64,000 nucleotides of DNA from Antedon mediterranea (GCF_964355755.1 NC_092673.1:19093648-19157647); one strand, 5' to 3'. Shown: positions 1-14,108, numbered from the stretch's first letter. Made by a program: numbers and translations. Notes: generated from the sequence alone by a model not told the origin.

Positions 1-369
1 CGAAAATGAAAAGTTCTAACTAACTTTATACTACACAGTGTATTACTAAAACAATTTCAGCATATAAAACCGATCAGATTTATAAATTATTTTCACATTT
101 ACGTGAATAAAATTAACAGCAACGAAGTCTTTTTTAATCCAATTTACTCATAATTATGTAGAAAGTGCGCCCTCTATTGTCTAAATTTGTTTTATTTTGA
201 TTAATTTCGGCTCTCAAAAATCAAGATTTTAAACGTTTATATCTTTAAAAAGCCCCCACGTTAGTCCGATCAACAACCAGATTCGTAATCTACGTCAAAA
301 AATGCACTAGAAAAAGTTGGTTTGGAAAATTCTGCAGAAAAGTGACACCTGCCTCCAGATCCGACTGGT
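1..369. mobile_element. End of an unclassified insertion nested in the Kolobok transposase
   Basis: Non-coding sequence ending ...ccagatccgactg abuts mid-transposase codons without a splice acceptor; the other end is outside the window. Confidence 0.45.
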
Positions 370-740
370 CTATTATTAATCATTTCGCTCCTAAAATGTT
401 CCACTTTTCATATAGTGGAATGAAGAGTCGACTTTTCATAGCTGCTCTTCACTATAATGAGAACAGTACCAGAGAACAAATGGTAAATAAGGCTGGAGAA
501 AAGCAATACGTAATATCATTTCCTAAGTACAAGAAAGGGGGTTACATTGTTAAAAAACTTTTAACAGAATGTACATATAATTATGTTGATGAGTTATTCA
601 AGAGTCTTCTTGAGATTGTTATGGAACCAAATCTAGATGCATTTACAGAGACCATACCACCATCATTGTGCGCAGCATTTGAAAGACCTGAAAAAAGTGC
701 TGCAGTTGCCCAACATACAAGCCGGTTTAAAAACCAGTAA
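370..740 (+). pseudogene. Kolobok transposase C-terminal fragment, interrupted upstream
   Basis: SIINHFAPKMFHFSYSGMKSRLFIAALHYNEN..FPKYKKGGYIVK..TYNYV..PPSL..SRF is a typical Kolobok transposase C-terminus; similarity starts abruptly at about 370. Confidence 0.8.
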
Positions 741-1015
741 TAACTTGACACCATGTTTATTAATCATATAAATGAATTGAACACAGCATATTATTGTAGA
801 CATAATAAAATTGTTGAAATATTCACAATGTACTGTATTTTCAGACTATTTCATTTTTTCCCCAATAACAATGTATTGGAGATGTATATGAATGAGAGAA
901 GCAATAAAATCAAAATGAGTTACAAATTGTATAAATTATTACTTTATTTAATTTCCAAAAATTACTAAACTAATACTAAATAGTATAAGAAAATTAAAAT
1001 GCTGCTATGGCTGTT

Positions 1016-2063
1016 TTAATTTAGGTCAGGTAATTTAAATCCTGTAAACACCGGGTCATCTCCAGGTGGTGGGAAATGTGCTCTTATGCAAGAGACAACA
1101 CAAGACGGAAGCACTATACGGATATTTTTTCCGACATATCCATGTATCCATCGGGCATACTGTCTGTACGATATGTGACGGTACTTTTTGTTTTTTGGTC
1201 CGTTATAGATAACTTTCTTATCATAGTGTTGCTTATACGAAAGCCATGCTACTTCCAGCACCCAAGGGTCAAGAGCAACAGACTTGAAACCTGGATGATT
1301 TGTGATGCAGGAGAATGGAGCATCATTGTTGAACAGATTGACATTGTCTTCAAGTTTAGCACTTGTGTTTTCGCACTCCTTGCAGCAGATGCACTCTTCC
1401 CCTGAGCCCATGATTTGGCAATGTTCACAGGAACACCTGAACAAGATGAAAACATGTATTTAGTCATTATAAAACTAATTATTATGATTATAATTAGTTG
1501 ATCATATCAGCAGTCACTCAAGCAAGTGAAATTCAAATGCCCATTTGAACTATGACCAGAATATTAATATTAATACTTTAGGCCTAGTCCATCTATTATT
1601 ATAACCAAACCCAAGCCCAAGGAGTAGCCTATTATTAAACCACCGTCCCAAATCCGACCCATCTAATAATCATCAAACAAATTACGATGGGGACTTTATA
1701 TTAACGTATGGCATCTCACAAAATTTGAAAAAAAAAAACCGATTGTATATTTAGAATTTAGAAACACTGAGGTAGCTCTAGCTTCGATTGATTAATTAGG
1801 CCTAGCCCAATCAAGCAGACGCTTCACTACAACAACCACAAGGGGAACACCTACCATTCTAAATTATCCAGGCGTGCAGCCATCATGTCAACATCTTCAC
1901 CTTGGGCTTCTTCATCAATGTCTTGTAATTCATGTTCCTCAAAACGTGGTTCGAAATTATATGGTATTATAAGGCCAGTACCATTTTCCTCATCACTTGA
2001 TGATGAACTACTACTACTAGGTCTATCTGATGAAACACTTTCTAAATCGCTTTCGGAATCCAT
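1016..2063 (-). CDS. KolX / P2X7 cytoplasmic-ballast (Nanor-like) protein, 2 exons (1855-2063, 1016-1436), 209 aa
   Basis: Phase-2 GT-AG intron joins ..PYNFEP..RLDNLEW to CSCEHC..ECICCKE..CITNHPGF..YRHISYRQY..WIHGYVGKNIRIVLPSCVV..IRAHFP..FTGF; the frame is intact. Confidence 0.88.
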
Positions 2064-2345
2064 AACAAATATTCAGTAAGCTTGTTGTGATCGCCGCGGG
2101 GTGTGTTATAAGGCGCAAGATGCAGGTTAGTTCCTCCTCGCGATCGTCGGTGTTCTGGCTGTGACGTCACATACAAATGTCGAAAGGTAACATTTCGTGA
2201 CCAAATAACGACACACATATTGCTTTTTTTTTCATATATATAACAATTTATTATTGAAACTCAATTTAACACAGTATCTACATATATTATTCTTGATACT
2301 GATAATAGTAAATGTCGTATTTGTCGAAAGTGTGGCACTAGCACT

Positions 2346-4632
2346 TTAATGGATTTCAGTATACAGGAGCAAATCTGTCATGCTTATTAAACTGCAAAAA
2401 CTACCCTACAGTATTTAGGACATTTTTTTTTAAATTGCCTTACAATTCATTAAAAATAAATTGTATATTCGTTGTAATGCTAGCGACTAGAGTGTTTAAA
2501 CTTAGAATATCTTTTTTTATATTTATATTGTACACATAAGGCCAAAATATATATATTTGTGTAAATACTTTATTTGTCACTCTCATAATATAAAAATATA
2601 AAATAAAAACTTCATTAACAATTATGACAAAAAAGACCAAAACAAATCAGCTTTCCCTATTCAAGTTTTGGCCTTTAACTTAAAATGCATTAATTATTGA
2701 CACAATTGATTGTAAAATTAAATTGAATAAGTAAAGTTATATACTTGTTAAGTGTCAATTTCAGGGGAGGGAGAGTGTACTATATTGTAATAGGTCATCG
2801 ACATTGATTTATGCTACCATTTTGAAATAAACTGACACCAACTCTTTCAAACATGAACAAATGAATCGCTATACTGACATACATTTTAAACTAAAGAAAA
2901 AATATTTAATGCAATATTAAAATTGTTTCTGTACATTGGTAAAATCATCCATATAACAAAGATTAGTTGCCCAAATATTAGACGACTTGCCCCAAGTCTG
3001 TAGTTAATATTCTCTTTTTTATGTTAGTCCACCGGATAGCGTTTCAATTTTTTTTTTCGATAATCGATAAATTAGCATATGTATGAAACACCATATGTGG
3101 CAATATATTTATCTTTTTACTAAAATTATGTCAAAACACATTCTAGAACCTACCTGTAGACTACCCAAATATCTGAAGTTTACATACTAAACTAATTGAA
3201 AGGAGAGAACTCACTCATTAGACAGACGTGATGAAGAAAATAACAGAAATTGCTTGACATGAAGAGAAAAGGAAAAATTAAATGTGAAAATACTTTCGAT
3301 GTTTGTTCATTATAAAAATTTCTGTTTCTGCATGTAACCATACATATGGGGTATCAAAATGATCGCAATTGTACCGGGAAGGTTTTAAACTACATTTCAA
3401 AAAGTCCGGGGATTTAGTGGGAGAGGTGGGTGGGGAGATAGGGTGTGAGAGTTGGGGTTCAGGGGATAGTTGAGATTTTGCTTAGGGTAGGGGTGGTAGG
3501 CTATAAAATTGACCAGAATTGTGGTAGGAAATTGTTAAAGTATTTTAATTATCACTGGGAAGGGGCTGGGAGTTTGGGGTGAGGATGTAGGCCTATCACC
3601 ATGACTGAAACTATACTGGGAACGTTTTAAACTACATTTGAAAACTGCCACTGAGGGATTATGGGTTGGAGTGATGGCTAACATTATTAGTACTGGAACC
3701 GTCTAAACACATCACCCAGTATCTGGGGTGTGTTGGGAAGGAGGAGGGGAGGAGGGAGGAGGGGGAGCCAAAATACTGGCGTAATGAAGTTACTACATTT
3801 GAACTGTCCTGGGCTAGAGTTAAGGTTAGTTAATTGTGGCTGGGATGGCTAAAAAAGAAAGAAGGCGGGGGGGGGGGGGGGGAGACACAATACCAAAATT
3901 AGATATTTTAATTATCAGCCAATGACACCTATTCATTCACAGTTTACAACGTACTTAAACCATAGGCATATCATAGCTATGTATACCCCTCTAATTTTGA
4001 AGCTAAAGTTGAATTGAATTTGTTGGGGGAAGAATTTATTTTTTAAAAAAAAGAGTGTGGGGTGTTATTGAAGAGGGGTGGGGGTTGGTGAGTATAGGGA
4101 GATACTGGAGTCGGGTGTTATGTACTGAGAAGGCTTTAAACTAAGTTTGAAACCTCGGGCGGGTAAAATTGCTAGTATATTATAAGGTCAATTTGACAAT
4201 GATAATTATTAAATTGTCAATTCCCAAAGTGATTTATTTTTAAATGTTCATTCTTATAATGATTTTTTTGTCTATTTTGTAATAACATATTGATTGATAT
4301 TCATATTTAGTTATTGTTAACAATTACTTTATCAACTGGAATTTATTCCAACTTAACAATATAAACGGCCTGGTTATTTGATATTAGATTCCAATATTTT
4401 TAGTTAAATTTCCTGCCGAAAACGAGAAATATGTTAATTTATAAATTTTTGGAATGTATATCATTATTATTTAGTATTTTTTCAGAACAATAATAAACGA
4501 TATATTGGGTACATAACATATTATATATTGCATTTTTTATGAATTCATTTTTTTACGTCTCTTTGGTGTACCAATGGAAGCCTCTGGTTCCAAAAAAACG
4601 TTTTTTACCACCTTTTTTAAACCTAATCATCA
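2346..4632. repeat. Segmental duplication copy 1 (paralogous to 50972-52990)
   Basis: Colinear high similarity from 'ttaatggatttcagtatacaggagc' to 'tttaaacctaatcatcat'; this copy carries an extra insert at about 3292-4180. Confidence 0.93.
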
Positions 4633-4668
4633 TCATGATGAAAATTGCATCAATAAAATGGCACAGAT

Positions 4669-5375
4669 AATGAAAATTGTATTGATGGTGAAAATTGTAT
4701 TGATGGTGAAAATTGTATTGATGGTGAAAATTGTATTGATGGTGAAAATTGTATTGATGGTGAAAATTGTATTGATGGTGAAAATTGTATTGATGGTGAA
4801 AATTGTACTGATGGTGAAAATCGTACTGATGGTGAAAATCGTACTGATGGTGAAAATCGTATTGATGGTGAAAATTGTACTGATGGTGAAAATTGTACTG
4901 ATGGTGAAAATTGTACTGATGGTGAAAATTGTACTGATGGTGAAAATTGTATTGATGGTGAAAATTGTATTGATGGTGAAAATTGTATTGATGCTGAAAA
5001 TTGTACTGATGGTGAAAATTGTACTGATGGTGAAAATTGTACTGATGGTGAAAATTGTATTGATGGTGAAAATTGTTTTGATGGTGAAAATTGTATTGAA
5101 AATTGTATTGATGGTGAAAATTATATTGATGGTAAAAATTGTATTGATTGTGAAAATTGTATTGATGGTGAAAATTGTATCGATGCTGAAAATTAAATTG
5201 ATGGTGAAAATTGTATTGATGGTGAAAATTGTACTGATGGCGAAAATTGTATTGATGGTGAAAAATGTATTGACGGTGAAAATTGTATCGATGCTGAAAA
5301 TTATATTGATGGTAAAAATTGTATTGATGGTGAAAATTGCAGATGATGAAAATGGCATTGATGATGAAAATGGTA
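4669..5375. repeat. 18-bp minisatellite (atggtgaaaattgtattg)n, about 37 copies
   Basis: Direct periodicity; absent at the paralogous position near 52990. Confidence 0.97.
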
Positions 5376-5583
5376 TACTGTACACCTGCCAACTCTTATG
5401 CATAATGCATGAGTCTCACACATGAGGTCCAATTTTGTTATGCCTCACGCATATGTAGCTATTTCTTACGCATCAAAAAAAAAATATTCAGAAAAACATT
5501 ATTTTGAAATTAACTTGCCTATTTTGAAGGGAAAATAGTCCAAGACTACATTTCATTTAATTTGAGCATAAATAGCCTAAGCG

Positions 5584-6597
5584 GGTCAGTCTAATTACCG
5601 AAAACAACCGAAAATAACCGAAAACAACCGAAAACAACCGAAAACAATCGAAAACAAACCAAAAACAAAATAAAAAATTAATATTTTTTTTAATGTCGCT
5701 CTCTATTGATGAGTGTTTCTAAAGCTAAGACCGTACAGAGAGAAAACCACACGCGCAAAAGCCAAGGAAGATCCTACGAAATGGTAGTGTGCACAAAATA
5801 CAACTTAAAAAAATCGTACAAATTCAATGATATACACCATAGACTATATTTACTTCCAAAATCTATAAACACATTTCGTTTTTAGTCTTTAGATTTTCAA
5901 AAACAAAGCATGATTTTACCTAACTTTGCTTTTTCGTCACTATACTGAAGTGATTAAGGATAAAAACGTTATTTACTCGACTACAGTAATTTTACTGAAT
6001 AGATTTTATTGAATCCTTTATCGTGAGCTTGTTTTATTTTTTAAGTATACTTTATTAAGTCTCTAATATTATCAATATTCTTAAAATATCATTTTTGTAT
6101 TATTATCTTTGATAATCTATAATTAAATTGATCATGATTAACCATAGTCAATTTACTTTCTATACTATGGATTAACGTATTCACAATTATTGTGAGGAGT
6201 AAATGCGTTGGTTTCTGGATCAAAAATCGAAATGACTAAAATTAAAATATTTTCATAGATTCTGTATGTAAAGTAAATGCGATGTTATCATTGATTGATT
6301 GTACGATTTTTAGTTGTATTTTGTGCACACTACCATTTCGTAGGGTCTTCCTTGGCTTTTGCGCACGCGGTCTCAACCTTCTCTCTGTCATGGTCTTAAC
6401 TCAGTAGAGGGCGACATTAAAAATGTATATACAAATTTGTTTTCGGTATTTAGATTATTTTATTTTGTTTTCGGTTTGTTTTCGGTATTTAGATTATTTT
6501 ATTTTGTTTTCGGTTTGTTTTCGGTTGTTTTTGGTTGTTTATGGCTGTTTTCAGTTGTTTTGGTTGTTTTCGGTTGTTTTCGGTAATTAGACTGACC
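5584..6597. mobile_element. Non-autonomous long-TIR element (MULE-like)
   Basis: TIRs of about 250-300 bp: ggtcagtctaattaccgaaaacaaccg... and ...cggttgttttcggtaattagactgacc; no clear TSD. Confidence 0.8.
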
Positions 6598-9500
6598 GGC
6601 CTATTAAAGCCTATGTTTATTTGTATTTTATGGTTGAGGTACAGTAGTACAGGAAAGCCAAACTCAATTCGGCGAAAAATTTAACATACAGCTCAGGGCG
6701 TTTTTCAAGTTATTATAACATAGAGGGCGCTATATACAATTTAATTCTCACGCATTGGCCACTGAAAAAGTTGGCAGGTTTGAGATACATGTATTAAATT
6801 AGACAAAAAAAGCAATTCAATTTATAGCTTTAGATTGTTTTTATGATTTTGATTAATTAATCTCTTAATTTTTAATCTCTACAAGACATGAAATCTTGTT
6901 TAGTTAGTTTTTAGAATTAGTAGATAAGTTTCAGTTGCTTGTCGAAATTTCGTAATAGAATTGCTGCCTTTCTACCTTGCTAGGCCAATTGCTATTACTA
7001 GCTAGGCCTATAGGTGCTTTAGCATAGGCCTAGGATTGTTTGGTCATTTGTTGACATATTAACACTAGATGCCATTGTTTGTACCATTAGAATATAAAAC
7101 ATTAATTATTTGTATAAATACTGTTTGATACTAAACGATCATTGTACAATTACAACAAGTAAAAATACAGTAATTATAAAATGAAATAAATAAGTATACT
7201 ATTACAACTCACATTTACACACTGAATCTAAAGAAACATACATGATAAAACAACATTACATTCAAAATTGCACAGTCCGATCATAAAGCTGCCTATTATA
7301 AGATGCTTATTGTTATACAAAGGGCCAACACCCTATTTCCTTATTCTGTGAATTACATTACTTCCTCAATCAGTCTTGCCTTCTTTAAGGTTAAGTGATC
7401 TGCATTGAACCTGTTGTGATTGTCAAGAATCTTTTTTTTTTATCAATGTTATTTTTTTTTCTGTTGATTTAGTGCCTGCCATTCTCTAAAATTTGTGGAT
7501 AGAACATCTTATAAACCTGGTCAACATACAGTAATACGATAAACCTATGCTGTGAAAATAATTTTTACTATGGTATAATAAATAAAATATTAACAAGCTT
7601 TAATATCATTTATTTAGATAAATTAGTATAATTATCTAGGGACGATTAAAGTGATGCAGCTTGCTTATATGCAATTTTATGCAAAACCAGCATACAGTAC
7701 ATAGTATAAACATCAGTAGTAAATTAGCTTGAATTTACCATGAAGATTGTACAACTAAGCTCTCTTCGATGTCATAACTGAAAACTTTAATTAACATCAA
7801 GCGGAACACATTTTGGTGATACCAGAATCTATGAAACTTCGCTTACGCAAGTTATTGGTTATGATGAAAATTGCATCAATGAAATTTCTATCAATGATGA
7901 ATAGATGATGAAAATAGAATAGATGAAAATGGCATAGATGATGAAAGCTGAATATATCATTAAATTAAAGGGGCTGTTTATACAATTAATTACACTATAG
8001 TAGATGACATATACATTGATTGGATAGTGAAGGCAGCTAATAAAATAATAAATAATAAATCACCCCCTTAACCCTTCAGCACCTGAAGCAATAATGTAAT
8101 GTTTTATATATTACTTCCTGTACAGTTATTTAAATATGTAGAAAATCAGAGACTAATTACAAACAAAATACAACATTTTTTTTCTAGTTCATAAGTTTGC
8201 ATTACAAGTTGTATTTATTTGAAAGAATACTAAATAAATAGTATTATTTTGTGGACATTTGACATTCTAATCATGACCATTTGACGATATTAGGCCTATA
8301 TAGGGTAGACAAACTAGCCTATCTCGTTCGTAGCCTGGTGGAGGACAGGCTGCATGTTTTCGCCAAATTGAAGGCTGGCTTACTAGAGGAAGGCCTAGCT
8401 GGGCTTGAAATAATAAATTATGACCTAAAATTTACTAATTTCAATAGCATAATATACTACTTATTTGTGAAACATCGATATCACAATTGGCAGATAAATC
8501 TAAATCGTTATTTTGACTAAAAACCCTATCTTCTTTCTCTAACAAATAGAGAGCTTACTGCGCGCTCATGCGGTTCAGGTGAGTGATTTTTTAGCAATTG
8601 TCAAGGCGTTTAGTGTACCCAAGATGGAAAACCAACAGGATGAGAAACTTGTTTCTCCCTACTGCAATGAGGCAATTCAATGAAACATGGAAACAGTAGT
8701 CATTTTATGCTATTCCCTTACACACACCAATCTTACTTGTATTTTGTATTTTAAATGATGTATTTTATCTGAATTTATGAGTGCTTTATCTGTATTTACC
8801 AAATTTTAACCTTTTTAACTGATTTTTTTATTTTTTTTTTAACAAAATTAATTTCAAACCATGTACAATATTTTACTGTGTTTGACCATAAATAAATGAA
8901 TATTCACCAAATACAATACTGACTTCCTCAAACAATCTTGCAAAATATTTAACTGCAAAAACAGGAAGTTAAAACATTTACAACTTCAATTATTCAAAAA
9001 GAAAGGAAACGAATGCTAGTGTTTAAATCATACTCTATATATTATTGAGGTTTCACATTTTAGAATACCTGTTTATAAGGTCAAAAAATATAATACTTTG
9101 TTAAGCATCAAGGACGTTTTTTTTTCTTTTACTAAAGTACTATGCTTTAATAGGTCATCAACATTGTTTTATGCTACCATCTTGAAATAAAGTGATACTA
9201 ATTCCTTCAAACACGAACAAATGAATCACTATATTTTCAACTTTAAGAAACTATTTAATGCAATAAAATTGTTCCTGTTGGTAAAATAAAATGTAATGAT
9301 TTATCGTAATTGTTAGTTATTTTGTTGTCACTCAGAAAAGAAAAAGAGAAGAGGCTAAAAAGATCAGGGAAGAGTGGTAACTTAACAATATATTTTGTCT
9401 GGCCTAATTAATTATTTCAACTTGTAAACCAAAACCACAATATGTTTCTTTTGTATCCATTATTAATGAACTTTACTATTTAATCTCAATAACAGTAGTA

Positions 9501-10195
9501 TGGTGATTGAGTGAAAGCTAAGAAAAAAACGTTTTGGGGGCTTCAAAGTCATACTAAAGACTTTTGGGCTCCACAGATCTCTTATAATAGGCCTAATTTG
9601 TTATCTCACATTTGATCTGGACTGGTCCAGGGGGCTATAGACAGTCATATTAAAGACTGTAGGTAATTTGTTATCTCACATTTAATCTGGTCTGGTCCAG
9701 GGGGCTATACAGTCATATTAAAGACATCAGCAAACATTTATTATCTTAATTCTGCAAGATGGCTTCCGTAGCACGAAAATCGTCTATTGGTTTAAGTTTC
9801 TCTGATCGTCTTATTACTATTACTAGACCTAACTAGTAGGCTAGGCCTAGTTACTAGTATTATGGGCGTAGGCCTAGCGCCGTATTGGCTGTCTGTGTAG
9901 GCTAGGCCTAGCTTGGCTAAATAAAAAAGTCTAGGTCTAGGCCCTTCTTAAGAAAGCCCTGCCATTAAAACAATAGGATCAGGTGCCGTTTTCGGCCACC
10001 TCGACTTGTATGGACTATACCATTATAAAAAGATTTACATTTAACATTAACTGTATCCGGTAATCAGTAAAAAACAATTAAACACATAATTACGTCAATG
10101 AATCTGTTACCATTTTGTTTAACTACGGTATCTATATTCGTTTCATTTATTTACATTTAACATTAAATGTAAATGTATCAGGTAATCAGTAAAAC

Positions 10196-10221
10196 CATAG
10201 AGATATTATAGTATCTCTATG
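10196..10221. mobile_element. 26-bp P-element-like footprint (CATAGAGATA...TATCTCTATG) with 7-bp TSD gtaaaac
   Basis: gtaaaac at 10189-10195 and 10222-10228; the insert is absent from the neighbouring degenerate repeat units near 10070 and 10345. Confidence 0.6.
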
Positions 10222-10653
10222 GTAAAACAAATAAACATATAATTACGTCAATGAATCTGTTACCATTATGATTTTGTTTCTGTATCTACATTCGTTTCAT
10301 TTATTTACACTTAACATTTAATGTAAATGTATCAGGTGATCAGTAAAACAAACAAAAAACATATAATTATGTCAATAAATCTTCAATTATGCTCGTCCGA
10401 TTGTGATATTTAGTTTAGTTGTTTTGTAGTTTAACATATTTTAAATTTAATTAATTGTATTGTTTGTAGTATTTAAGATGTTTTAATTCCGATTGTACTG
10501 TAGTTTTTAATATGTTTTGATTTTGATTGTACTGTAGTATTTAGTTTAGTTGTATTGTAGTTTAACATGTTTTAATTCTGGTTGTATGTATGTATATACT
10601 GTAGTGTTTAGTTTAGTTTGTATATACTGTAGTAAGTAAGTATAGGCCTAGGC

Positions 10654-11274
10654 CCCGGGGGGGGGGGGGAGGGGGGTCACTTGTATATAAACCAAACAAG
10701 GGGGTGCCGCAGCCACTTCAAGACATGAGGCACTTGCGCTACCTGTTTTACTGAAAAATACTACGGACTTAAACTACCATTTACCAAAATCAAGGCCACG
10801 CCAAAGATGGCGCAATATTTGTACTGGTTCCCAGCATGATCTGCGCATGGCCAAAGAGACCTCCACCGTTCATGGCAAATTTTGACGCGTTTGCGGTAGT
10901 GCACACCACCGATGATCAAGAGTGGTCACAGTTGAATGATTTTGTCCTAGGCCAGCTATGTTTCGTGTTATACTGATGATGCGAAAACTCTCGGGGAAAA
11001 CTCTATTAAAAGGTATTTAGCGATGGGCTCCTCGATGGGCTTATATAGCCGGGCTTATAGCATCCAGTAAGCTAAAATTCCTGCAAAATTTGGCGATAAA
11101 TCGTGAAATTTTGACACGGGTGGGCGACCAGGGACTTAAACTACTAATTTCACCCTGTCATTTCCCACACTTGTGCTACCAACTCCCAATATTTGTGCTA
11201 CCAGGCCCTCGAAAATATACCCGTAAATGCGGCACCTCCCTCCGTATGGAAATATTTAAGAGTGACCCCCCGGG
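10654..11274. mobile_element. Non-autonomous element with CCCGGGG termini (CACTA/CMC-like), 3-bp TSD ggc
   Basis: cccgggg...ggggggtcact and agtgaccccccggg; ggc on both flanks. Confidence 0.75.
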
Positions 11275-11663
11275 GGCCTAGGCCTAGGCCCTAGTTATAA
11301 TACTTTTTATTTAATAAAAAACGATATTTAAAAGCAATTTTAAACCCAGAATCCCCCTTTAAAACATCTTCATCCATCCATGTGTTATGTTCGTCTTAGG
11401 ACCAATCACAATGCAGTTGATATGTTCTTTAACGACATGTTGTGGAGACTCCCTCAGCTTTCTACTCTAGCCTAGGCCTAGGCCCACTAAAAAGCCTTTT
11501 TTGATAGCTAGAGGTAGGGCCTGCCCCAGCTACTTAGAACTAGCCTAGCTAGGCCTATCTAGGCTGATATAATATAGTACTAAGTAGGCAGGCCTAGGAT
11601 ACAGTATATACCGTATACCGTATATGATATGGTATATGATAATATTATGAAACAAAAACTTAC

Positions 11664-11750
11664 TTCTTGTGTTTGACATTCTTCGACATGTTGTGAGTGG
11701 TTTGTTGGTGGTGGGTGAATAAACTTTTATTTTTTATAGAGGGCGCAACC
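11664..11750 (-). promoter_or_regulatory. Putative promoter and first exon of a further paralog transcribed leftwards out of the window
   Basis: 'acttac...acatgttgt...aaacttt(t)att...gagggcgcaa' matches 53508-53542 joined to 54637-54696; donor gtaagt at 11663-11658. Confidence 0.5.
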
Positions 11751-12329
11751 ACTATTTTTCTACGTAACATTATATGTGTAATTATCGAAGAACTTTATTA
11801 CTCTCTGGATTGGTGGAATGGATATTTTGTATAATATACGATGAATAGCAAAGCACGTACATTTTGATACAGTATAATGATCACCTCGATGTTAAAATCT
11901 CCCCCTTCCAAACAAACACACAATCCTTACAAACAAAAAAAAGCTTTTCATTCATTAGTATTTATTATAAAAATATGAATATAAACATTAAAACACAGCA
12001 GCATAAATACTTAATTGAGTTTTAATTTACAAAATTGAATTAAAAGTGAAAAATATCAAAATATAAAACATTTCATTTTCAACAAATAGGTATTAGAAAA
12101 TTCATTCATATAAAAAACATAATTCAGTTCTGTACAAAAAAATGTACAATTTATTCAATTCATTATATTTAAACACCGTTCTGTACTTCCGTTTACCTGG
12201 TCTCATTTGCATAATATGCACATGTTAGTTATTTATAATTAATGTAAATATGTTCAAAATTACAACAAAAAAACAGAACAAACACATATGTGTTTGTCAT
12301 GTTTTGTTTTTGTAATTTTACAAACTTAG

Positions 12330-14108
12330 AAAAGAAAGAACAAAATATTAATGTTAATTGACTTATTCTATTTATTGTTAGGCCTAGTACAGTAGGCCGC
12401 ACTTTAATTAAGAGAGAACAAAATATTAATGTGAATTGACTTATTATATTTATTGTTAGGCCTATTAAGTACAGTAGGCCACACTTTAAATAAGAGAGAA
12501 CAAAATATTAATGTGAATTGACTTATTATATTTATTATAGGCCTATTTAGTACAGTAGGCCAAACTTTAACCAAGAGAGAACAAAATAGTAATGTGAATT
12601 GACTTATTATATTTATTATAGGCCTATTAAGTACAGTAGGCCACACTTTAACCAAGAGAGAACAAAATAGTAATGTGAATTGACTTATTATATTTATTGT
12701 TAGGCCTATTAAGTACAGTTGGCCAAACTTTAACCAAGAGAGAACAAAATATTAATGTGAATTGACTTATTATATTTATTGTTAGGCCTATTAAGTACAG
12801 TTGGCCAAACTTTAACTAAGAGAGAACAAAATATTAATGTGAATTGACTTATTATATTTATTATAGGCCTATTTAGTACAGTAGGCCAAACTTTAACTAA
12901 GAGAGAACAAAATATTAATGTGAATTGACTTATTATATTTATTATAGGCCTATTTAGTACAGTAGGCCAAACTTTAACCAAGAGAGAACAAAATAGTAAT
13001 GTGAATTGACTTATTATATTTATTATAGGCCTATTAAGTACAGTTGGCCAAACTTTAACCAAGAGAGAACAAAATATTAATGTGAATTGACTTATTATAT
13101 TTATTATAGGCCTATTAAGTACAGTTGGCCAAACTTTAACCAAGAGAGAACAAAATAGTAATGTGAATTGACTTATTATATTTATTATAGGCCTATTAAG
13201 TACAGTTGGCCAAACTTTAACCAAGAGAGAACAAAATATTAATGTGAATTGACTTATTATATTTATTATAGGCCTATTTAGTACAGTAGGCCAAACTTTA
13301 ACCAAGAGAGAACAAAATAGTAATGTGAATTGACTTATTATATTTATTATAGGCCTATTTAGTACAGTAGGCCAAACTTTAACCAAGAGAGAACAAAATA
13401 TTAATGTGAATTGACTTATTATATTTATTATAGGCCTATTTAGTACAGTAGGCCAAACTTTAACCAAGAGAGAACAAAATAGTAATGTGAATTGACTTAT
13501 TATATTTATTATAGGCCTATTAAGTACAGTTGGCCAAACTTTAACCAAGAGAGAACAAAATATTAATGTGAATTGACTTATTATATTTATTATAGGCCTA
13601 TTAAGTACAGTTGGCCAAACTTTAACTAAGAGAGAACAAAATATTAATGTGAATTGACTTATTATATTTATTATAGGCCTATTTAGTACAGTAGGCCAAA
13701 CTTTAACTAAGAGAGAACAAAATATTAATGTGAATTGACTTATTATATTTATTATAGGCCTATTAAGTACAGTTGGCCAAACTTTAACCAAGAGAGAACA
13801 AAATATTAATGTGAATTGACTTATTATATTTATTGTTAGGCCTATTAAGTACAGTAAGCCAAACTTTAACTAAGAGAGAACAAAATATTAATGTGAATTG
13901 ACTTATTATATTTATTGTTAGGCCTATTAAGTACAGTTGGCCAAACTTTAACCAAGAGAGAACAAAATAGTAATGTTAATTGACTTATTATATTTATTAT
14001 AGGCCTATTAAGTACAGTAGGCCAAACTTTAACCAAGAGAGAACAAAATAGTAATGTTAATTGACTTATTATATTTATTATAGGCCTATTTAGTACAGTA
14101 GGCCAAAC
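12330..14108. repeat. 81/82-bp minisatellite, about 21 copies
   Basis: Unit aagagagaacaaaatattaatgtgaattgacttattatatttattataggcctatttagtacagtaggccaaactttaacc. Confidence 0.97.

Larger units (their letters stand above)
370..2345 (+). mobile_element. Right part of a Kolobok DNA transposon (transposase 3' end plus convergent KolX gene)
   Basis: Tail-to-tail transposase and P2X7-ballast-like gene; terminus ...gcactagcaCT followed by TTAA (2346-2349); flanking host sequence resumes exactly at that TTAA, as shown by the paralog at 50972. Confidence 0.85.

Noticed and set aside
1016-2063. P2RX7 receptor gene
   Set aside because: Only the ballast-like domain is present, with no transmembrane or ectodomain exons, and it lies within Kolobok boundaries.
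4553-5425. Long ORFs with HHQYNF / MVKIVL / TINTIF repeats
   Set aside because: Several frames are open only because the 18-bp unit lacks stops; the array is absent from the paralogous segment and has no splice or domain support.
6400-6735. AGAGGGCGC words as CTCF-like insulator sites
   Set aside because: Short motif that also occurs inside transposon arms; function cannot be supported from sequence alone.
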